This document shows, one piece after another, positions 28,169 to 36,052 of a stretch of DNA of 64,000 nucleotides. Under the pieces are notes generated by a model. It was not told the DNA's origin. It made no database searches and saw only the letters and a list, made by a program, of their open reading frames with translations. Within the stretch, counting starts at the first letter, position 1, and the number at the start of each line of letters is the position of its first letter. The position numbers and the translations under genes are program-made. This DNA comes from Gemmatimonadaceae bacterium (GTDB taxonomy: Bacteria > Gemmatimonadota > Gemmatimonadetes > Gemmatimonadales > Gemmatimonadaceae), in contig DASZZO010000053.1 of NCBI GenBank assembly GCA_035544915.1, forward strand, positions 373-64,372. The letters run 5' to 3'.

Positions 28169-28366
28169 CCGTCGAGAGTTTGGAGGCGAGAGTTGGGAGT
28201 TGGGGGATGAGAGTCGAGAGTTGAGAGTTGAGAGTTCCAACTCGCAGTCCAAAGTCCCCGGAGTCCGGTCCGGCGTCGAGAGGCCTCGCGATCAGCAACA
28301 CCTGAACTCTCAACCCTCGACTCTCGACCCCCAAACTCTCAACGCCCGACCCTCAACTCTCGACGG
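28169..28366. repeat. Cargo-less GAGAGTTGAG-type inverted-repeat element (two ~66-nt arms, ~64-nt loop)
   Basis: The termini CCGTCGAGAGTT (28169-28180) and AACTCTCGACGG (28355-28366) are perfect complements, and the arms are about 85% complementary by eye. The loop begins with the remnant CAACTCGCA (28238-28246). Confidence 0.85.
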
Positions 28367-28368
28367 CC

Positions 28369-29082
28369 TTAGTGCGCCCCTGCGCCTGCCATCGCCTGCT
28401 CATCCACGACCCGCCCGTCGAACAGATTGATGCTGCGGTCGGCGTGGAGCGCGTAACGGGGATCGTGCGTCACCATGCAGATCGTGGCGCCGTTCCGGTT
28501 GAGCTCGCGCAGCAGTTCCATCACCGACTCGCCGTTGACGGAGTCGAGGTTTCCCGTGGGCTCGTCGGCGAGGAGGATTGCGGGATCGCCCGCCACCGCC
28601 CGGGCGACGGCCACGCGCTGTTGCTGGCCGCCGGAGAGCTGCGCGGGATAGTGCTTGGCGCGGTGCGACATCCCGACGCGCTCGAGCGCGGCGTGCACCC
28701 GCTCCTTGCGCTCGGTCGCGCTCATGCCGCGATAGGTGAGCGGCAGCTCCACGTTCTCATAGACGGTGAGATCGCCGATCAGGTTGAATGCCTGGAAGAT
28801 GAATCCGATCTGGCGGTTTCTCACGCGCGCACGATCGGCGGCGTCGAGGCCGGCGACGGGGCGGCCGTCGAGGAGATACTCACCATCGCTCGCCGTGTCG
28901 AGCAAGCCGAGGATCGAGAGCAATGTGGTCTTGCCGCAGCCCGACGGTCCGGAAATGGCGACATACTCGCCCTGCTTGATCTCGAGGTGCACGTCCGCAA
29001 GCGCGTGCGTCTCGACCTCGTCCGTGAGAAAGACCTTTTTGATGCCCTGCAAGCGGATGAGCGGCTCGCCGTTTGTCGCCAT
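28369..29082 (-). CDS. ABC transporter ATP-binding protein (MacB-type)
   Basis: Walker [13 protein letters not shown], signature [14 protein letters not shown], Walker [13 protein letters not shown]. Confidence 0.9.
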   Translation of the reverse strand: MATNGEPLIRLQGIKKVFLTDEVETHALADVHLEIKQGEYVAISGPSGCGKTTLLSILGLLDTASDGEYLLDGRPVAGLDAADRARVRNRQIGFIFQAFNLIGDLTVYENVELPLTYRGMSATERKERVHAALERVGMSHRAKHYPAQLSGGQQQRVAVARAVAGDPAILLADEPTGNLDSVNGESVMELLRELNRNGATICMVTHDPRYALHADRSINLFDGRVVDEQAMAGAGAH

Positions 29083-29123
29083 CGGTTTCTCCGTGGGAGT
29101 GTACCTGCCAGGTGCCTTTCGTC

Positions 29124-30368
29124 TTACTTGATTCTCACGCGCTCCACATTGTCGTACTGTGACATATCAGACAGTATGACCCGGTCCCCTGGTTGCAGTC
29201 CGCGCACGATCTCGACCGTGGTGACCGAGCTTCGACCGAGCACTACCTGCGTGCGAACCGCCGCCTTGCCGCCGTCTACCAACCTGAAGATGCCCACCGT
29301 TCCGGTTCCCGCACCCGACGCGGGCCGCCCGGTATAGAGAACGTTCTTGAGCTGTTCGATCTGGATCGTGCCATCGATGCTCAGGTCCGGCACAGCGCCG
29401 GACGGGAGAGGACCATCGAGCGCCACGTCAATCGTGAGTGTGCCCGTCTGCGCCGATGGATCCTTCCGTGAGACATGTCCGGGGATCAGACCGTTGCGGG
29501 TATCTATGGAAGCGAGCTGGCCAATCTGCACGTCCTTGGCCTGCGACTCGGGAATGCGCAGCACCGCCTTGAGCTTGCCGGGCTGCACCACCTTGGCGAG
29601 CGTCGTGCCTTCCGGCACCCACTGGCCCATCTGCAGGGTGAGGTCCTGGAGCACGCCGGCCTCGGGCGCGCGGACGTGCAATGAGTTCAGCTTGGCATGC
29701 TGGAAATCGGCGATCTGCTTGAGCCGGTCGAGGTTCGCGGTCGCCACGGCGATCTGCGAATCGGCCGCCTGGCGCATCAGGGCCAGACGCTCCTTCTCGA
29801 CCCGCACGCGCGTCGTCAATTCTTCGGCCACTGCCTTCTTGTTGTTGTACTCGAAGGTCGAGATGAGCTTGAGCCGGAGCAGTGAATCGGCGGCGGCGGC
29901 CTCCTGGGTGACGCTGACGAACTGCGTGTTGGTGGTGGCGACCGCGCCTTCCTGCGAGAGGCGGTTGTTCGTCAGCGTACTCCGGAGCGACACGAGATCG
30001 GCGCGGGCCTGGCTCAATGCCTGGTCCGCCTGCATCGTCGCGATCTGCTGGTCGGGGTTGGAGAGTTCGAGCAGGATCTCGTCGGCGCCAACCACGGCCC
30101 CGTTCACCGCGATGAGCCTTTCCACTCGCGCCGACGCCTGCGCCGTGATCCAGCGAATGCGCTCCGGCAGGAGGTTTCCGGGACCTCGTACCTCGCGCAC
30201 CACGTCGCCCTTCCGGACGGAGTCCATGAGGAGCGTACCGCCATCCACGGTGGGCGACGCCGGCTGGAGCCGCGAGAGCGCGAGCGTGATGAGCACGAGC
30301 GCGAGCACGCCAATGCCGATACCGACGTTGCGTGCGGTCTTCTTTTTAGGAGGGCGGGCGACGTCCAA
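29124..30368 (-). CDS. Periplasmic adaptor subunit (HlyD/MacA family)
   Basis: N-terminal TM anchor (VGIGIGVLALVLITLAL), a lipoyl/barrel-sandwich region, a long coiled-coil (QADQALSQARADL...) and a C-terminal beta-barrel. Apparent TTG start at 30368. Confidence 0.85.
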   Translation of the reverse strand: MDVARPPKKKTARNVGIGIGVLALVLITLALSRLQPASPTVDGGTLLMDSVRKGDVVREVRGPGNLLPERIRWITAQASARVERLIAVNGAVVGADEILLELSNPDQQIATMQADQALSQARADLVSLRSTLTNNRLSQEGAVATTNTQFVSVTQEAAAADSLLRLKLISTFEYNNKKAVAEELTTRVRVEKERLALMRQAADSQIAVATANLDRLKQIADFQHAKLNSLHVRAPEAGVLQDLTLQMGQWVPEGTTLAKVVQPGKLKAVLRIPESQAKDVQIGQLASIDTRNGLIPGHVSRKDPSAQTGTLTIDVALDGPLPSGAVPDLSIDGTIQIEQLKNVLYTGRPASGAGTGTVGIFRLVDGGKAAVRTQVVLGRSSVTTVEIVRGLQPGDRVILSDMSQYDNVERVRIK

Positions 30369-30411
30369 GCGAAACCTCGTTCGGTTGAATCACTCTACGC
30401 CGTGAAGGAGG

Positions 30412-30427
30412 AGCAAGTGTCATGCCG
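30412..30427 (-). promoter_or_regulatory. Sigma-54 (-24/-12) promoter candidate
   Basis: The minus strand reads cGGCATgacacTTGCt. GG and GC are separated by exactly 10 nt, as in the consensus TGGCAC-N5-TTGC. It lies about 43 nt upstream of the MacA-like start. Confidence 0.5.
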
Positions 30428-30568
30428 CCGCTATCGGTCAGTAAGTCTAAAGCGCCACGAGGCTTAGCTCACCCATTCTGCATTTGGACAGCGCCGGCCG
30501 GCGCAGGGTTGGGATTGCCCGTCCCACAAACGGACACCCGCTCGCAGGTAGCACGGCCTCCAAGGCTT

Positions 30569-31363
30569 TCAGTGGACGAGCAGCGCGCGCGCCAACCGCT
30601 CGGAGAACTCCCGTCGCGACATCGCTGCGGCAATCTCCGATGGCGGCACACCGACAATCCTTCGCGCATGTGCCACCAGGAGCCGCTGACGAGCGTATCC
30701 GCAGCGCGCGGTGACTGCAGCGACCGAGCGTTTCTCCTCCACGAGCGGTTCCCACACGCGCGCGAGTCGGGCCGTGTCGAGCAACATCGAGGCGCCCTCG
30801 ATTCCGATACGCTCCATCCAGCGATCCACTGAGCGCCTCGCCAACCCGCTCGCTTCGGCCAGGTCATCCACCCAGCGTGGGAGTGGCCCGCTCGCGAAGA
30901 GTGAAACAGCGGCCGTTTGCAGCGTATCGGGAAGCCTGCGAAGATGCGGCGCGGCCCGGTTCAGCAGGTGCGCCGGTGCCGACGGCCCGTACAGGGAGGC
31001 GAGTTTATGGGTCAGCAGCTCGGCAACGTTGTCCTCTCCGCGCAACACCAGCTCGTGCGCACCGAGTTCGGCGGCGCGCACGATGCGACGCGCGGCGGAG
31101 GGCGTGAGCTTGGTGAAGAGCAACACCGGCACCCGGCTGTGCATGAGGGGTGCGAGAATCATCTCGAACTCCTCTTCGCTGATGACGCCCGGATCGAACA
31201 CGAGCACATCGCACGCGCGGTCGCGCATTGCGGCGGCCGCAGCAGTGGCGTTGTTTTCGCGCAGCAGCGTATGTTCGCTCGACCCCGCGCTTTGGAGCAT
31301 GCGGTACGAGGTGTTCGGCAGCAGCGCCAAGACTCGCATCGAGTGAGTGTGCAGGCGGTCCAC
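30569..31363 (-). CDS. Putative transcriptional regulator: receiver-like N-domain + degenerate AraC-type HTH
   Basis: The C-terminus RRSVDRWMERIGIEGASMLLDTARLARVWEPL..SVAAVTARCGYARQRLLVAHARRIVGVPPSEI fits AraC HTH spacing. The N-terminus resembles a receiver fold. Start is GTG 31363 or ATG 31339. Confidence 0.45.
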   Translation of the reverse strand: MDRLHTHSMRVLALLPNTSYRMLQSAGSSEHTLLRENNATAAAAAMRDRACDVLVFDPGVISEEEFEMILAPLMHSRVPVLLFTKLTPSAARRIVRAAELGAHELVLRGEDNVAELLTHKLASLYGPSAPAHLLNRAAPHLRRLPDTLQTAAVSLFASGPLPRWVDDLAEASGLARRSVDRWMERIGIEGASMLLDTARLARVWEPLVEEKRSVAAVTARCGYARQRLLVAHARRIVGVPPSEIAAAMSRREFSERLARALLVH

Positions 31364-31470
31364 CAGAGTGTCAAGACTGGCCGAAAAGCGTCCCCGGCAT
31401 TTGCTTGTTTCCAGGCAGCTGCGCGGATACCTTTCGAGCCCTTACCCGGGGAGCGGCCGCGCCGAGCGGA

Positions 31471-31510
31471 ACTCGTCTTCCGTCGTCTTCTGTCGTCTTC
31501 TGTCGTCTTC
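31471..31510. repeat. Four tandem 10-bp units (Y)GTCGTCTTC
   Basis: Direct reading: actcgtcttc cgtcgtcttc tgtcgtcttc tgtcgtcttc. The array ends 25 nt upstream of the tRNA. Confidence 0.9.
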
Positions 31511-31535
31511 CGAATTCCCGGACTCATCAAGAAGG

Positions 31536-31609
31536 GCGCGAGTAGCTCAGCTGGATAGAGCGTCGGCCTCCGGAGCCGAAGGTCGTGGGTTCGAATCCCG
31601 CCTCGCGCA
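31536..31609 (+). tRNA. tRNA-Arg (anticodon CCG)
   Basis: Manual cloverleaf: acceptor GCGCGAG/CTCGCGC, D arm GCTC-AGCTGGATA-GAGC, anticodon arm TCGGC-CTCCGGA-GCCGA, T arm GTGGG-TTCGAAT-CCCGC, discriminator A. CCA is not encoded. Confidence 0.9.
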
Positions 31610-31639
31610 TGTTCCCTCCCCTCCCGTGTCGTTCCCCCA

Positions 31640-32896
31640 TTGGACATTTCCGAACTCCGCAGGAAATCCGTCGCCGACCTCAAGGTCATGGCTGAAGGGC
31701 TCCGCGTCGAAAACACCTCCGGCCTGCGCAAGCAGGACCTGATCTTTCGCATCGAGCACGCACTGCTCGATTCGGATGTCACGCTGCGCGCCGAGGGCAC
31801 GCTCGAACTCCTGTCCGAGGGATTCGGATTCCTGCGCAGTGCCGACTGGAACTACCTCGCCGGGCCGGACGACATCTACGTGTCGCAGACACAGATTCGG
31901 CGGTTCAATGTGAAGACCGGCGACACCATTCGCGGCCGCGTGCGCCCGCCCAAGGCATGGGAGAAATACCTGGCGCTCCTGCAGATCGAATCGGTCAACG
32001 GCATCGAGCCGGACGCGATTCAGAGGCGCGTACCGTTCGACAGCCTGCGCCCGCGCTATCCAGACCAGCGAATCCGTCTCGAGACCAGCGAAGGCGACCT
32101 GTCGATGCGCGTGGTGGACATGATCGCGCCCCTTGGCAGGGGACAGCGCGGGCTGATCGTTGCGCCGCCGCGTGCGGGCAAGACGATCCTGCTCCAGAAA
32201 ATGGCCAACGCGATCGCGGAGAACCATCCCGAAGTGCAGCTCATCGTCCTGCTCATCGACGAGCGGCCGGAAGAGGTCACCGACTTCATCGCCACGGTGC
32301 CGAGCGCCGAGGTGATCAGCTCGACCTTCGATGAACCGGCCTCACGCCATGTGCAGGTGGCCGAGATGGTCATCGAAAAGGCGAAGCGACTTGTGGAGGC
32401 GGGACGGGACGTGGTCATCCTGCTCGACTCCATCACGCGGCTCGCGCGCGCACACAATACGGTGACGCCGATGTCGGGCAAGATTCTCTCCGGCGGCGTC
32501 GACGCCAAGGCGCTCGAAAAGCCGAAGCGTTTTTTTGGCGCGGCACGGCGCATTGATGGCGGCGGCTCGCTCACCATCGTCGCGACGGCGCTGGTGAACA
32601 CGGGCTCGCGCATGGATGAGGTGATCTTCGAGGAGTTCAAGGGGACGGGTAACCTGGAGCTCGTGCTCGACCGCGAGATCGCCAACCGACGCGTGTTCCC
32701 GGCGATCGACATGCTCAAGTCCGGAACGCGCAAGGAGGAGCTGTTGCTCACCGAGAAGGAGAAGAACCGGGTGTTTCTCATCCGGCACTTTCTGGGTGAC
32801 ATGCCGGCAGAGGATGCGATCCTCTTCCTGCTCAAGCGAATGGCGCGGACGAAGAACAATGACGAGTTCTTCGAGAAGATGGCGGAGGGGGAATGA
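31640..32896 (+). CDS. rho: Transcription termination factor Rho
   Basis: [20 protein letters not shown] (Rho N-terminus), GFGFLRS, Walker A APPRAGKT, and RNA-binding and ATPase domains over 418 aa. TTG is the only in-frame start. Confidence 0.9.
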   Translation: MDISELRRKSVADLKVMAEGLRVENTSGLRKQDLIFRIEHALLDSDVTLRAEGTLELLSEGFGFLRSADWNYLAGPDDIYVSQTQIRRFNVKTGDTIRGRVRPPKAWEKYLALLQIESVNGIEPDAIQRRVPFDSLRPRYPDQRIRLETSEGDLSMRVVDMIAPLGRGQRGLIVAPPRAGKTILLQKMANAIAENHPEVQLIVLLIDERPEEVTDFIATVPSAEVISSTFDEPASRHVQVAEMVIEKAKRLVEAGRDVVILLDSITRLARAHNTVTPMSGKILSGGVDAKALEKPKRFFGAARRIDGGGSLTIVATALVNTGSRMDEVIFEEFKGTGNLELVLDREIANRRVFPAIDMLKSGTRKEELLLTEKEKNRVFLIRHFLGDMPAEDAILFLLKRMARTKNNDEFFEKMAEGE

Positions 32897-32902
32897 AACA
32901 GC

Positions 32903-32920
32903 CGAGGGTCGAGAGTTGAG
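32903..32920. repeat. Solo GAGGGTCGAGAGTTGAG motif copy
   Basis: CGAGGGTCGAGAGTTGAG lies 7 nt after the rho stop. The same word occurs in the arms at 12426-12445 and 12848-12862. Confidence 0.7.
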
Positions 32921-32951
32921 CGGCGGGAGCCAGGAGGCACGGGGGAGACTG

Positions 32952-33374
32952 ATGGCGATCGACCTCGGCGACCGGCGAATCGGGATCGCCATCAGCGACC
33001 CCACGGGAACGATCGCGTCGCCCGCGGGGTTCATCGTTCGGCGGGCCGGAAAGCGGCCGCCGATCACAGCGCTTCTGGCGAAGGCCAGCGAACTTGGGGC
33101 ACTGGGTTTCGTGGTCGGGCTGCCGCTGGACGAGCAGGGCGAGGATTCCAGCCGGGCGGGAGAGGCGCGGCGGATGGCCGTCGAGCTGGAAAAGAAAACG
33201 GGATTGCCGGTGCGATTGGTGGATGAACGGTTCACCACGGCGGCAGCGTTGCAAGTGGTGAAGGAGATGGAAGGCAGCACGCGCGGGAGGAAGGGAGACG
33301 TGGATTCCATGGCGGCGACACTGCTGCTCCAGCACGCGATGCGCATGGCGGAACATGGCGACGAGACCGGGTGA
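32952..33374 (+). CDS. ruvX: Holliday-junction resolvase-like / pre-16S rRNA nuclease RuvX (YqgF)
   Basis: MAIDLGDRRIGIAISD..GLPL..ERFTT..A.. is the YqgF pattern. ATG 32952 follows GGGGGAG. Confidence 0.85.
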   Translation: MAIDLGDRRIGIAISDPTGTIASPAGFIVRRAGKRPPITALLAKASELGALGFVVGLPLDEQGEDSSRAGEARRMAVELEKKTGLPVRLVDERFTTAAALQVVKEMEGSTRGRKGDVDSMAATLLLQHAMRMAEHGDETG

Positions 33375-34359
33375 GCGACGGGCGCGCGGCGCCGCGCTTG
33401 GCGGCCTGCTGATCCTGGCGACCGCGTGCGGTGGTGCGCCGAGCGGACCCGACGTGCGCTTCACGATTCGCAAGGGGTCGCCGTTTCGCGAGGCGGCGGA
33501 CTCGCTCGCAGCGCACGGGGTGGTGAGGTCCGGCCGCGCCTTCGCGATTTACGCCAAGCTGCGCGGACTCGATCGCTCTCTCCGCTACGGCACGTACGTG
33601 GTGCACCAGAAGATGAGCTGGGAACAGACGCTCGACGCCCTGCACACGGGTCGCGGCATCGTGCACACAGTCACGATTCCGGAAGGGTTCCTGATTTCGG
33701 GTATCGCGGAACTGCTTTCGGATGAACTTGGCATTTCGGTGGACTCGATTGCTGTGGCGGTGCGCGATACGGCGTTGCTTCACCGGCTCGACGTCCCGAC
33801 CTCCACGCTCGAGGGATATCTCTTTCCCGATACGTACGTTTTCGCAGATGGCACCACGGCCCGTAGTGCAGTGAACACAATGGTCGAACGGTTCGAGCAA
33901 GTGTGGAAGCCCGAATGGAACGCCCGGCTGCAGCAGCTTGCGATGAGCCGGCACGACATCATCACGCTCGCGTCCATCGTGGAAATGGAGGTGGCGCGCA
34001 GCGAGGAGCGGCCGGTGGTCGCTGCGGTCTACATGAACCGCCTCAAGGCAGGCATGAACCTGCAGGCCGACCCGACGGTGGCCTTCGCGCTCGGCAAGAA
34101 GCCGGGACGCGTGTTGCTCAGGGACCTGCGTGTGAAGTCCCCGTACAATACGTACCGCGTACTCGGGCTGCCGCCCGGTCCTATCGCGTCTCCTGGAGCG
34201 GCAAGCATCCAGGCGGCGCTCTATCCCGCGAAGGTTCCCTACCGGTTCTTCGTCGCCTCCCCGGACGGTCATCACGAGTTTCGGCGCACCTACAAAGAGC
34301 ACCTGGCAGCCATCGAAATGGTGCGCCATCCTGCCAAGCCCGACTCGGTCAAGCCATAG
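33355..34359 (+). CDS. mltG: Endolytic murein transglycosylase MltG (YceG family)
   Basis: TIPEGF, LEGYLFPDTY, ASIVEMEV, YMNRL..GM.LQADPTV and SPYNTY...GLPPGPIASPG are YceG motifs. Confidence 0.85.
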   Translation: MATRPGERRARGAALGGLLILATACGGAPSGPDVRFTIRKGSPFREAADSLAAHGVVRSGRAFAIYAKLRGLDRSLRYGTYVVHQKMSWEQTLDALHTGRGIVHTVTIPEGFLISGIAELLSDELGISVDSIAVAVRDTALLHRLDVPTSTLEGYLFPDTYVFADGTTARSAVNTMVERFEQVWKPEWNARLQQLAMSRHDIITLASIVEMEVARSEERPVVAAVYMNRLKAGMNLQADPTVAFALGKKPGRVLLRDLRVKSPYNTYRVLGLPPGPIASPGAASIQAALYPAKVPYRFFVASPDGHHEFRRTYKEHLAAIEMVRHPAKPDSVKP

Positions 34360-34392
34360 GCGGCGCCGTCGCGCCGTCGCACCGGCGCGCTG

Positions 34393-34767
34393 TCAGTCGG
34401 AGCGCAGGTCCTGGCGCAAAAGGATCGCCTCGTGCAGGTAGACGTGCTTCATCTCGTTGCGTGCACGGATCGTCTCGACATGCAGCAGCACGCGAAGGCA
34501 GCGCGGAAGCGCACCGTGCACCGATAGTTCCTGCGCGCACAGCAGGGGCACGCCAGTCCAGCCGTGGAGGCGTGCACCGTGCGCGGGGAATTCGCTCAGC
34601 AGGTCCGTCGTCGCCGTGAATATGGCACTCACGACATCCACGACGGCGACATCGTTCTCCTCGAGGAGCTTGTCGAGCAGCTCCTGCACCGCCGCGCGGA
34701 TGAGCGCGGGCTCGTCCCGCGTCACACTCGTCGCACCGCGCACCGCGCGAACCGCCAGCCTGGCCAT
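34393..34767 (-). CDS. aroH: Chorismate mutase, AroH class
   Basis: VRGATSV..N....I..AV.ELL..L..EN......VVS.IFT.T.DL...FPA...R..GW..VPLLC.QE..V.G.L..C.RVL...E......HVYL, over 124 aa. Confidence 0.85.
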   Translation of the reverse strand: MARLAVRAVRGATSVTRDEPALIRAAVQELLDKLLEENDVAVVDVVSAIFTATTDLLSEFPAHGARLHGWTGVPLLCAQELSVHGALPRCLRVLLHVETIRARNEMKHVYLHEAILLRQDLRSD

Positions 34768-34829
34768 GGCCCTTATTGTGCCGTGATGAGAGGTTGGTGT
34801 CCACTATCGCGACCGATAGGTTGCCAGTC

Positions 34830-36002
34830 ATGACACGCGATGCGCACGCCGTGATCTCGGCGAGAGGGGCAAAGCGCTGGTCCGGCGGCCATCCGTTCGT
34901 CTTCCGGTCCGATGTGCTGCATCCGCCTGCCGCGCCGCCCGGTGCCGTCCCCGTGCGCGATCCGCAGGGGCGACCGCTCGGCTTCGCCTTGTGGAGTCCC
35001 GCGTCCGAAATCTCGCTCCGGCTGCTCGATCGCTCCGGCGACGCGACCATCGACGGGACGTGGTGGCACGAGCGCATTGCGCGCGCCATTGCGCGGCGCA
35101 AGCCGATCATGGAATACACGACGGCGTACCGGCTGGTATTCGGCGAGGGCGATGGCCTGCCGTCACTAATTGCAGACCGGTACGATCACTGGCTGGTGGT
35201 GCAGTTCCTCTCGGCTGGGCTCGAGGCGTTCCGCAGCGAGATTGTGGAAGCGCTGCGCGCCCTCACGGGAGCAGAGGGGATCCTCGCCCGCAATGACGGC
35301 TCCGTGCGCGCCCGTGAGGGGCTCGAGCGCACCGTGGAACAGCTGTGGGGCGAGGTGCCGCCCGAGGTGGAAGTGACCGAGCATGGCGTGCGATACGTGG
35401 CCGCGCTCCACACGGGACAGAAGACCGGTGCGTTTCTCGACCAGCGGGAAAACAGGGTGCTCTGTGGTTCGCTGGCGCGCGGACGTGCGCTCGACCTCTT
35501 CAGCTACCACGGTTCCTTCGCCCTGCACCTCGCGCGCCGCGCCAATGAGGTCACCGCAGTGGACAGTTCGGCGCCGGCTCTCGAACGCGCCAGCGAGAAC
35601 GTCGCACTCAACGGGCTCGGCAATGTCATGCTCGTGGAAGCGGACGTCTTTGAGTTTCTCCGCGACCGGGCGGCTGCGGGCGCACGCTACGACATGATCG
35701 TCGTCGACCCGCCGGCGTTCGCCAAGAACAAGGGCTCGGTTGAGGGCGCCACGCGCGGATACCGCGACGTGAACTTGCACGCAATGCGGCTGCTCGAACC
35801 CGGAGGGCTGTTGTACACGGCCAGCTGCAGCTACCACCTCAGCAAGCCGCTCTTCCTTGGCATGCTCCAGGACGCAGCCGCTGGAGCAGGACGCCGCATG
35901 ATTCTTCGCGCGGTCACTGCGCAACCCCTCGATCATCCCGAGGTGCTGACGGTGCCGGAGACCGGGTATCTCAAGGGCGCACTGCTCGAGGCGGCGGAGT
36001 GA
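34830..36002 (+). CDS. Class I SAM-dependent rRNA methyltransferase (RlmI/RlmK-like, PUA + MTase)
   Basis: N-terminus GGHPFVFRSDV, YRLVFGEGDGLP, TGAFLDQREN, LDLFSY.G.F.L and IVVDPPAF are RlmI-family motifs. Confidence 0.8.
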   Translation: MTRDAHAVISARGAKRWSGGHPFVFRSDVLHPPAAPPGAVPVRDPQGRPLGFALWSPASEISLRLLDRSGDATIDGTWWHERIARAIARRKPIMEYTTAYRLVFGEGDGLPSLIADRYDHWLVVQFLSAGLEAFRSEIVEALRALTGAEGILARNDGSVRAREGLERTVEQLWGEVPPEVEVTEHGVRYVAALHTGQKTGAFLDQRENRVLCGSLARGRALDLFSYHGSFALHLARRANEVTAVDSSAPALERASENVALNGLGNVMLVEADVFEFLRDRAAAGARYDMIVVDPPAFAKNKGSVEGATRGYRDVNLHAMRLLEPGGLLYTASCSYHLSKPLFLGMLQDAAAGAGRRMILRAVTAQPLDHPEVLTVPETGYLKGALLEAAE

Positions 36003-36018
36003 AGAGGATTGTCCCGTC

Positions 36019-36046
36019 TTGACAGCCCATCGGTCTCCCATAGTGT
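36019..36046 (+). promoter_or_regulatory. Candidate promoter TTGACA-N16-TAGTGT, implying a leaderless transcript
   Basis: -35 TTGACA at 36019-24 and -10 TAGTGT at 36041-46. ATG 36053 lies 7 nt after the -10 element, and there is no SD sequence. Confidence 0.3.
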
Positions 36047-36052
36047 GTTGAC

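Noticed and set aside
31536-31609. tRNA-Arg as an integration site of a genomic island
   Set aside because: There is no integrase, no direct repeat of the tRNA 3' end and no compositional break. The downstream genes (rho, ruvX, mltG, aroH) are core housekeeping genes.
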